A DNA stretch of 64,000 nt, taken from assembly GCA_965223845.1 (NCBI GenBank), contig CBDCXR010000004.1, positions 2,592,001-2,656,000 of the forward strand, in the 5' to 3' direction. Below, piece after piece: positions 1 to 8,056 of the stretch (position 1 is the first letter of the stretch; every line of letters starts with the position of its first letter). The position numbers and the translations under genes are program-made. Under the pieces are notes generated by a model that saw only the letters and a list, made by a program, of their open reading frames with translations, was not told the DNA's origin and did not search any database. This stretch comes from Planctomycetota bacterium. GTDB taxonomy: Bacteria; Planctomycetota; UBA8108; SXIK01.

Positions 1-671
1 CCGACGACTCTCTCGTTCACATCCAAGGCGCGCAGACGAGCGCGCGTCGTCTCGAGACCGGTCGGAAATCGGAGCCCGGTGAGCATCCGCACGAACTGGA
101 CGGGTTCGACGAATCGAATCGACATCGGATCCGGGTTGCCGGGCTCGATGTCGTCGGAGCCCTCGAGAACTTGCGCCGCGCGCGGCCGCGACCACGTGAT
201 CGCGGTGACCGCGCGGACCGGAGGCGTCCGCAGCGGAAAGACGACGCCCTCGTTCTCGTACTGTCGCTCGATCGGAACGTTGTCGTCGAGCTCGTCGAAC
301 GTGATCAGTGTGCCCGGAAACACCGTCATGCGAGTTTCGGTCGTCTGATCTCCGAACGACGCCGTGACGACGACCTCCTCGGGGCGATCCACCTCCGCGA
401 CGGCGACGGTCTTCGCGATCGTCCGCTGCGACTCGCCGAGCGAAACGGAGTCCGGCACGGCGAGGATTTCCGGTCGACTGGAGGACAGGTCCACGGTGAG
501 CCGAGCGGACGGCAGCGGCCGCTCGACCGTGATGCGAACGACCTGAACCTGTCCGTGGACGAGGAATGCGGGAAGTGCGGGCGGGAGCAAGCGTGCGTTC
601 GGCGGCTCCTGCGCGCGGATCAAGGCCGACCCGAAAAGGACGGCCACGACGGCGAGAGATCGAAGCGTCAT
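1..671 (-). CDS. Secreted hypothetical protein, partial (runs off the left edge)
   Basis: Read by hand from ATG at 671 (not in the ORF track): MTLRSLAVVAVLFGSALIRAQEPP... has a signal peptide, and the frame stays open to the edge (...TLITFDELDDNVPIERQYENEGVVF...). Divergent from the ECF sigma gene. Confidence 0.7.
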   Translation of the reverse strand, partial: MTLRSLAVVAVLFGSALIRAQEPPNARLLPPALPAFLVHGQVQVVRITVERPLPSARLTVDLSSSRPEILAVPDSVSLGESQRTIAKTVAVAEVDRPEEVVVTASFGDQTTETRMTVFPGTLITFDELDDNVPIERQYENEGVVFPLRTPPVRAVTAITWSRPRAAQVLEGSDDIEPGNPDPMSIRFVEPVQFVRMLTGLRFPTGLETTRARLRALDVNERVV

Positions 672-922
672 TGGAACAGATCTCCGGGGCGCGACGACGA
701 ACGGGGCGGAGCTCCCCGCGGCGCCGCGTCGCTCGGGAGTCGCGCCGGACGCCGTCACGTGGCGTCCGACGCGGGAGGAAACCGAGCCGCCGTGCTCGAC
801 GTGGACCGAGAATCTCGAACTTTTTTTCCGCCGGGGCGATGGACCCCCGAGGGCGCGTTCGTCGCTCGGACCGGGGAGCGCCCCTCGACTGGCTTCCCGG
901 AGCGGCATACGATGCTCTCGCG

Positions 923-1561
923 ATGCAATCCGACTCCTCGCCCCAGACCGACGCCGCCGAACGCGAGGTCGTTCGGCGCGCGCTCGCCGGAGACCGCCGC
1001 GCGTTCGACGAGCTTCTCGAAAGCTACCGGCCGCGTCTCCGGCGCATGATCGAGCTCCGCATCAGCACGGAGCTGCGCGCCCGTGTGGACGCTTCCGATG
1101 TGATTCAGGAGACTTTTCTCGAGGCGTCCGAGCGGCTCGCGGATTACGCGACCCAGCCGAAGACGTCGTTCTTTCTTTGGGTGAGGTATCTCGCGCGCCA
1201 GCGCCTCGTGTCGCTCTATCGTCACCACGTCGACGTCAAGGCGCGGGACGCCAGGCGCGAGCTCTCGATCTACAATCGCCCCGGAGGATCGTCGGCCGGG
1301 ATCGCGAGTCGACTCGTGGGGAACTGGACGTCGCCCACGAAGGCGACGGAACGAGCCGAGATCACCCGCGTCGTCGAGGAGGCGCTCGAGGCGCTCGACC
1401 CGATCGATCGCGAGGTTCTCGTCCTCCGGCACTTCGAGCAGCTCTCCAATCGCGAGATCGCGGCGGAGCTCGATCTCGACGTCTCCGCTGCGAGCAAGCG
1501 ATACATCCGCGCCGTCGGTCGCCTTCGAACGGTGATCGAGCGTTTCGGCCTGCCGCAATGA
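923..1561 (+). CDS. ECF RNA polymerase sigma-70 factor, planctomycete type
   Basis: Region 2 (FDELLESYRPRLRRMI...VDASDVIQETFL...FFLWVRYLAR) and region 4 (LEALDPIDREVLVLRHFEQLSNREIAAELDL...SKRYIRA). Start trimmed to ATG 923; stop overlaps the kinase start (ATGA). Confidence 0.92.
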   Translation: MQSDSSPQTDAAEREVVRRALAGDRRAFDELLESYRPRLRRMIELRISTELRARVDASDVIQETFLEASERLADYATQPKTSFFLWVRYLARQRLVSLYRHHVDVKARDARRELSIYNRPGGSSAGIASRLVGNWTSPTKATERAEITRVVEEALEALDPIDREVLVLRHFEQLSNREIAAELDLDVSAASKRYIRAVGRLRTVIERFGLPQ

Positions 1562-4500
1562 ACCCGACCGACCACGCAGACGACCTCGACCCTTCGACGA
1601 TCGATCCCATCGACGCTCTCGCCGTCGAGTTTCTCGCGGCGGCTCGACGCGGTGAGGATCCATCGGTCGAAACCTACGCGGCCGCCCATCCGGGACTCGC
1701 GGAGCAGATTCACGAGCTCTTTCCGACTCTCCTCCTCCTCGAGGTGGCGGCGTCCGAATCGAAAGGTGAACCGCCGGCGGTGAGCGGACGAAGCGACTTT
1801 CCGGCGATCAGCGGATTCACGGTTCTGAGCGAAATCGGCCGCGGCGGCATGGGAGTCGTCTACGAAGCGGATGACCTCGCTCTCGACCGCCGCGTGGCGC
1901 TCAAGGTTCTGGAGGGCACGGGACGACTGTCGCCGGACCAAATTGAACGATTCCGCTCCGAAGCCCGCGCGGCCGCACGCCTCCACCACACGAACATCGT
2001 TCCCGTGTTCGAAGTGGGTGACGACGGCGGAGTGCTCTACTACTCGATGCAGCGGATCGGCGGACAGAGCCTCGACAAGATCATCGCGGAAGCGGCGAAG
2101 AACGCGGGCGAGCGAGACGGGGATCACCATCGCGCGCCTCGCAGCCCGGCGTACTTCGATGCGGTCGCGCGCATCGGGATCGACATCGCCTCGGCGCTCG
2201 CACACGCGCACAGCGCCGGAATTCTTCACCGCGACCTCAAGCCGTCGAACATCCTCGTCGATCAGCGCGCAAACGCCTGGTTGACGGATTTCGGTTTGGC
2301 GAAAGTCGCCGATGGCGCCGACCTCACGCGCTCGGGCGACGTGGTCGGGACACTTCGCTACCTGTCTCCCGAGCGACTCGACGGTAGGTCTTCTCCGGAA
2401 AGCGACATCTACGGACTCGGTCTCTCCCTCTACGAAATGCTCGCGCTACGACCGGCGTTCCCGTCGCGCGTGCGGATCGCACTGCTCGCCGAGATTTCCG
2501 AGTGCCGTCCCGCCCCGCTCGATCGGATCGAACCGCTCGTCCCGCGCGATCTCGCGACGATCGTTCACAAGTCGATCGCGCGGAATCCGAGGGATCGCTA
2601 TTCCTCCGGCGACGAATTCGCCGCCGATCTCCGCGCATTTCTCGAGCGCCGACCGATTCGCGCCCGACGCGTCGGTCTCGGCGAGCGTACGTGGCGCTGG
2701 TGCGAGCGGAATCCGGTGGTCGCAACGCTTTGCGCGTCGTCGGCGCTTCTTCTCGTCGCGCTCGCCGTCGTCGGATTCACGAGCGCCTCGCGGCTGCGCA
2801 GCTCTCTTCACGGGAGTCTCGTCAACGAGTCGCGCGCCTGGCGGCAGACCGGCGGCGCCGGTCACGCGATCCTCGCCCAAGCCGCGATCGTCGAGGCGGC
2901 GCAGATGGGATCTAGCGAAGGATTGCGGGACGAAGCGCTCTCGAGCGTATTCGCCGTCGACCTCCGACCGAGACGAGAGATCGCACGGCCGCCGCGTCTC
3001 GTCTCCACGTTCGACCGCGCGCTGTCGCGCTACTCGATTCCCGGCTCGCGCGCGATCGAGATTCGGGAGACGACACGAGACGAGGTCATCGACCGCTTCG
3101 AGCTCCCCGCGAGTCTGCGCACGTTCGATCTCGTGAAGCTGAGCGGAGGAGCGCGGTACACGGCCGTGCGCTCGGGGCTAGATGGTCCGCGCCGTCTGTG
3201 GATCTGGCACGCGGAGGCCAGCGACTGGCTCGGTCCGTGGCCCGTCGATCGCAGCTCCGACCCCATCGCCTTCTCCGCGGACGAGTCGCGGATCGCGGTG
3301 ATCGCATCGGACGGGACGATCGAAGTGCGGTCTCTGCCCGACGGGCGCGAGCTCACTCGGATCCGCCCGGGCACCCGTCCTCGAACGCTCGAGTTTTCGC
3401 CGGATGGAGCCGAGCTCGCATCCGCGGGACGACGCTCGCTCGCCGTCGAGATCCATCGCACCTCGTCGGGACAGCGCGTCGCTCGCCTTCACCACTCGGG
3501 GCGCCCCGCCGCGATGGCTTGGAATCCGCGTCGTCGAGAAATCGCGGTCGCGTGTTTCAACTTCGACGCTTTCATTTGGGACGTCGAGAGGAAGCGGCGG
3601 CGCTCGGTTCTGCGCGGACACCGGGCGGAGGTGCACTGTGTCGCCTACAGCGGAGACGGCGAGCTCCTCGCAACGTCGAGCTGGGACGGAACGACGCGCC
3701 TCTGGCGCGCGACGACGGGCGACCTTCTCGTGACTGCTCCCGGAACTCTCATCGCGTTCGCCGACGATGGCCGATCCCTAGCCGTCGAGGGCGCGCGCGC
3801 TCAGACAATCCTCTACGACGTGCACCGCGAGGATGGTGTCGAGCGCACCGCGTTCGAAATGGTCGACAAGGGGCCGGCGCAGGTCGCGTTCTCGCCGTGC
3901 GGCCGCTGGCTCGCCGCCGCCTGCGGCCGAGACCAGGCGTACGTCTGGCGTCACGGCGGGCGACCGCAGCTCCTTCCCGTCGGCCGCTGCGACCGGGTCG
4001 GATTCGGCCCCGCGGGCGACAGCCTCTACACCGCGGGATCGCGTCTCTATCGCTGGGCGATTCGCGAGGAGAAAAACTCGGCGGTGACGATCGGACCGCC
4101 CGAGCCCATAGCGTTCACCGGTCGCGATCTCGCCGTCGCGAGCGCCGGCGGCTGGATCGCCCGCCTCCAGGTCGATCGACTCGCCGTCGCGGACTGCCGG
4201 GACCCGGCGAGCCCACAAGTCGTCGGCGAGCACCCGGGAGCGTGGTTCCTCGCCGTTTCGCCGGACGGCCGCTGGGGCGCGACCGGAACGGGAACGGCGC
4301 GCGGAGTAAGGATCTGGGCGATCGCCCAGCGTGAACTCGCTCACGAAATCGAATCCACCCGCGCGGGAGTCACCTTCAGTCCGAGCGGACGCTGGCTCGT
4401 CGTCGGCGAGGGTGAGCTCTACTCGCTCGTCGAGACGGAGAGCGGAGAGAAGCTCTGGACGTTCGCGCGCACGACGGCGAACGATCGTCCCGGCCCGGCG

Positions 4501-5064
4501 GCCTTCGATCCGGGCGAACGAATCGTCGCGCTCGTCGAATCGCATCGCGACGTCGTCCTCATCGATCGCTCGTCCGGCGCGGTGCTCGCCCGACCCCAGC
4601 GAACCGATTCTGGCGATGTCACGTCACTCGAGTTCTCGAGCTCGGGGGATCGACTCGCGCTCTCGACCGAGGATCACGTCGTCGAGATCTGGGATCTCCG
4701 TCGCTTCGCCGACCGACTCTCCACTCTCGGTGTCGAGTGGCGCATCGAGTTCGCCGAGCCGCGCTCGAACGTCGAGGAACTGAGATCGCTGATCGTCTTG
4801 GCCGGCGCGCTCGCCGACAAACCCGCGGATTCGCCGATCGCCCGCACGGCCGAGACTCTGGCCGTCATCGACGCGCTGAGCGTCGCCCTCACGGCGAATC
4901 CCGCCGACGAGGCGCTCCTCGGACGCCGAGCGGCCGCGCTCGAGTCCTTGGGCTACCTCGACGACGCGCTCGTCGACGCGGAGAGGGCGCTCGAGCTCTC
5001 TCCCAACCGGGACAGCCTCACCGAGCTCCGGAGTCGAATTCTTCAGCGGATCGACGCGCGCTGA
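1558..5064 (+). CDS. Hanks-type Ser/Thr protein kinase with a TM helix, WD40 repeats and C-terminal TPR
   Basis: IGRGGMGVVY, VALKVL, HRDLKPSNIL, DFGLAK, GTLRYLSPE. Hydrophobic helix followed by WD40 repeats (LRGHRAEVHCVAYSGDGELLATSSWDGTTRLW) and a terminal TPR-like helix pair. Confidence 0.93.
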   Translation: MNPTDHADDLDPSTIDPIDALAVEFLAAARRGEDPSVETYAAAHPGLAEQIHELFPTLLLLEVAASESKGEPPAVSGRSDFPAISGFTVLSEIGRGGMGVVYEADDLALDRRVALKVLEGTGRLSPDQIERFRSEARAAARLHHTNIVPVFEVGDDGGVLYYSMQRIGGQSLDKIIAEAAKNAGERDGDHHRAPRSPAYFDAVARIGIDIASALAHAHSAGILHRDLKPSNILVDQRANAWLTDFGLAKVADGADLTRSGDVVGTLRYLSPERLDGRSSPESDIYGLGLSLYEMLALRPAFPSRVRIALLAEISECRPAPLDRIEPLVPRDLATIVHKSIARNPRDRYSSGDEFAADLRAFLERRPIRARRVGLGERTWRWCERNPVVATLCASSALLLVALAVVGFTSASRLRSSLHGSLVNESRAWRQTGGAGHAILAQAAIVEAAQMGSSEGLRDEALSSVFAVDLRPRREIARPPRLVSTFDRALSRYSIPGSRAIEIRETTRDEVIDRFELPASLRTFDLVKLSGGARYTAVRSGLDGPRRLWIWHAEASDWLGPWPVDRSSDPIAFSADESRIAVIASDGTIEVRSLPDGRELTRIRPGTRPRTLEFSPDGAELASAGRRSLAVEIHRTSSGQRVARLHHSGRPAAMAWNPRRREIAVACFNFDAFIWDVERKRRRSVLRGHRAEVHCVAYSGDGELLATSSWDGTTRLWRATTGDLLVTAPGTLIAFADDGRSLAVEGARAQTILYDVHREDGVERTAFEMVDKGPAQVAFSPCGRWLAAACGRDQAYVWRHGGRPQLLPVGRCDRVGFGPAGDSLYTAGSRLYRWAIREEKNSAVTIGPPEPIAFTGRDLAVASAGGWIARLQVDRLAVADCRDPASPQVVGEHPGAWFLAVSPDGRWGATGTGTARGVRIWAIAQRELAHEIESTRAGVTFSPSGRWLVVGEGELYSLVETESGEKLWTFARTTANDRPGPAAFDPGERIVALVESHRDVVLIDRSSGAVLARPQRTDSGDVTSLEFSSSGDRLALSTEDHVVEIWDLRRFADRLSTLGVEWRIEFAEPRSNVEELRSLIVLAGALADKPADSPIARTAETLAVIDALSVALTANPADEALLGRRAAALESLGYLDDALVDAERALELSPNRDSLTELRSRILQRIDAR

Positions 5065-5082
5065 TCGCGACGCAACCGCGAA

Positions 5083-6159
5083 TCAGCTCCCGGGACGCCG
5101 GCGGGTCGCGCTCCCCTCGGTCTTCTTCGGCGCGTCGTCTTCGACCGGCTTCTGCTCGAGGAGCTTCCCGGGATCGATCAGGACCGGCTTCTGACCGGGC
5201 CCGGGACTCTCCACCTTCGGTCCGGGGAGTCCCTCCGGGCGCTCGAAGAGCTCGTCCTCGAGACCGGCGTTGAACTGAACGCTCCGGTACCGTCGCTCGG
5301 TGTCGAGATCGCCGTCGCCGTAGATCTCCTGCAGCATCGAGAAGTTGATGGCGAGGCCGGAGTCATCCATGAAGGGGATCTTCTTGTAGCGCTTGAAGTA
5401 CTGCTCCCGCTTGATCGGCTTCGACGGATTGCGCGTCGTGTCGCGCCATTCTTTCTTGAGCAGCAGCCCGGTTTCGCGCGAGAAGAAGTAACGCTCGATC
5501 TGTCGCCCCGAGAAGTCGACGATCTTCACGATATCCGCGGACTCGATCTCCTCGCCGGTGTCGATCTCCGCTTCGCCTCCGAGCGTAGCGACGTAGCCGT
5601 CGTCCGCCCAGTGGCAGAAGAAGTCATCCATGTATTTCCCGTGGACGAAGACGAGGAGCGTGTTGCCATCGAGGCGATCCACTCGCCCCATCACTTGAAC
5701 CCATCCTTCTTCCGTCTCGTCGCTGTAGACCTGAACGAATGCGAGCTTCTGCCCCTCCTTGATCTCGTAATTGAGCTCCCACTCTTCGCGCAGGTTGTAG
5801 TCCCCCTTGATCATGAGCGTGATGTCCGCTCGCGCTTCGCTCGTCGGTTGGAAAATCGTGTTCGTATACGAAACCTTTCGGTCCGCGATCTTGTCGAGAA
5901 CCGGTCGACCGCCGATGGCGGTGAGATAGCGATCGATGACGGCGATCGCCTTCGGATCGCTCACGGGACTCGGCTTCCCGTCTTGACCGAAGATCAGAGT
6001 TCCGCCCGCGTCCGCGCCGCTCGCGGTGTCTTGAGCCGTTGCGGTCGGCGCCTGCTCCTGCGCCCCGATGAATCCGCCGGCGACCACCAGCGCCAGTCCG
6101 AACGCTCCGATCAACAGCCGCGCGTAAGCCGGCCCGAAGGGCACTTGCCGCATCTTCAT
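5083..6159 (-). CDS. Exported hypothetical protein, possibly LolA-like/lipoprotein-sorting fold
   Basis: N-terminal signal/TM segment; AVIDRYLTAIGG start and VQFNAGLEDELFERP end resemble LolA-like exported proteins. Start uncertain (6153/6159). Confidence 0.6.
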   Translation of the reverse strand: MKMRQVPFGPAYARLLIGAFGLALVVAGGFIGAQEQAPTATAQDTASGADAGGTLIFGQDGKPSPVSDPKAIAVIDRYLTAIGGRPVLDKIADRKVSYTNTIFQPTSEARADITLMIKGDYNLREEWELNYEIKEGQKLAFVQVYSDETEEGWVQVMGRVDRLDGNTLLVFVHGKYMDDFFCHWADDGYVATLGGEAEIDTGEEIESADIVKIVDFSGRQIERYFFSRETGLLLKKEWRDTTRNPSKPIKREQYFKRYKKIPFMDDSGLAINFSMLQEIYGDGDLDTERRYRSVQFNAGLEDELFERPEGLPGPKVESPGPGQKPVLIDPGKLLEQKPVEDDAPKKTEGSATRRRPGS

Positions 6160-6529
6160 CCTGCTCGAACTCCACTGCATGGTTGGAACGTCTACTGCGA
6201 TCCGGGCCCGAAGGGCCGGAATGGGAGATCACCGCGGAAGCCGACGCGCGTGACACGCGGATTCGGTTCGCTGCGGCAAGTCGCTTCTGGAGTACCCGGG
6301 TACGAAATCTTCTCGGGAACGATCCCGTTTTCGTCGTCGCGCGCGCCGCTCATCCCGAGGGCGACGCCGGTCCCGCGCCGCTTCGGGCTTCGGCTCACCG
6401 GACGGTGCGCTCACATCACCCGAATCCGTGCCTTTTATCACTCGAACGTCGCCCGCGCAAGCGGCAATCGCTCCCCAACCGGCGGACACGTACGGAGTTA
6501 CCGCAGCCGGAGCGCTCGGTCGGATCGGC

Positions 6530-7723
6530 TCAAAGTCCGGCTTCGCCGGATGGCGACGCAGTCTCGGAGACGGCGGGTACGGTTTCCGACGACCGCTCGG
6601 AGTAGACGAGACTCGACACCTTCGCGGCCGGGATCGGGCGGCGCGTGTGGAGAAACGAGAAGCCCTCGTCGTCGAGCCAAAGCCTGACCGTACTCGCTGG
6701 GACGAAGAGGCCCATGTGAGGAACGACGGTCGGCTGCCGCTTTCCATACGTGTAGATCATGCTCGATACGCCGATCAACTCGCTCCGCTCGGCGCAGAAG
6801 ACTCCGCCGCCCGAGTTTCCGAAGAACGTCGGTGCGTTCAGCATCCAGAAGTTCTGCGATCCGACGCGCTTCGTGCGGGACGAGATCTCGCCGAGAGTGG
6901 GAAGGGGGTGGTTCCCGAGCGGACAGCCGACGGCGTACGCCGGAGAGAAGACGTCGATCTCGCGCATGCGGTCGGGGTCGATCCAGCTCGCGACGAACGG
7001 GAATCGCTCGGTGGAGTTCAGCCGAAGCAGGGCGAGATCGCGCGCCTGATCGAAGAGCACCATGTCCGCGGACTCGGTGCGGAGGATGTCGCTTTCGGGA
7101 CGCGAGGCGATGTGGACCTCGTCGACGGTGCGGGCGTCAGCGCGGTCGCCGGTGACCTCGAGGACGACATGGTGCGCGGTGAGAATAAACGTCGTGTACG
7201 CCGGGATATCGCCCGGTCGCGAAATCGGCTGGAGCTCGCTGTAGACGATGACTCCGCTCCCGACCGTCCCGTTCCCGCGGAGCTGAACCGTCGGGAGAAT
7301 CATCCGCTCGCGCATCTCGCGCGCGTCACGGTCGAGCCGCGCGGACATGCGCTGGATCGCCGACGCCGCGCCGGCGAGGCGCTCGCACTCGGTCTCGAGT
7401 CCCTCGGAGATCGTCCGGTCGTAGCTTGCGAGTCGGTTCTCGATGAAGGTCGCCGTCGAGCGCTGGTTCGCGTCGAGGCGCGCAACCGTCTCGAGGATGG
7501 AATCCCGCTCGCCCCGAAGCTCACTCGCCGAGCGCTCGACGAGACCGCGGAGCTCGCGGTGCGTGTCGAGAGAATGCGCGTGAACGCGGGCGAGGTCGGA
7601 CTCGACCGACGCGCGCGGGCGAAGATCGAAGACGCCGTTCTGAAGCGCGAAGATCAGTGCCACAAGGACGATCAATTTGAGTGTCTCGACCGCACTTGCT
7701 CGGAGCCAGCGCTTCACTTTCAT
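6530..7723 (-). CDS. Membrane-anchored trypsin-like (S1) serine protease with coiled-coil stalk, no PDZ
   Basis: Triad motifs ILTAHHVV, DLALLRL, GNSGGGV; N-terminal TM; purine-rich RBS upstream. Confidence 0.88.
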   Translation of the reverse strand: MKVKRWLRASAVETLKLIVLVALIFALQNGVFDLRPRASVESDLARVHAHSLDTHRELRGLVERSASELRGERDSILETVARLDANQRSTATFIENRLASYDRTISEGLETECERLAGAASAIQRMSARLDRDAREMRERMILPTVQLRGNGTVGSGVIVYSELQPISRPGDIPAYTTFILTAHHVVLEVTGDRADARTVDEVHIASRPESDILRTESADMVLFDQARDLALLRLNSTERFPFVASWIDPDRMREIDVFSPAYAVGCPLGNHPLPTLGEISSRTKRVGSQNFWMLNAPTFFGNSGGGVFCAERSELIGVSSMIYTYGKRQPTVVPHMGLFVPASTVRLWLDDEGFSFLHTRRPIPAAKVSSLVYSERSSETVPAVSETASPSGEAGL

Positions 7724-8056
7724 CTCTACTTCCCTCGTCTGAGTCAGAGTGCGGTTCGACCGAAAACACCACCGTCGCTACCGCCCCTCACCTCTCCGAG
7801 CGAGCGGCAAGGTCGGGCTGAGAATACGATGCGCCGATGGCGCGTCGCAAACGGCGCCACCGAGAGCCGAAACGCGGTCGACCCTATAACGGTCGGCTCG
7901 CCGGGCCCGAGAGTCTCACTCGATTCCCGGGCGAAAGCGGTCGTTCCGAGAACTCGATGAGTCTTCGGAATGGTTTCCTCAGGAGATCGAGGCCGCGGAA
8001 CGGTGCTCGGGAGCTCTGCTCTAGCCGATGTCCGCGCCCCGGAGCGGCGTCGCTGC

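Noticed and set aside
6180-6530. Hairpins in intergenic regions 6180-6530 and 7724-8056
   Set aside because: GC-rich stems without a recognisable riboswitch or terminator signature, or repeated copies; plausible by chance.
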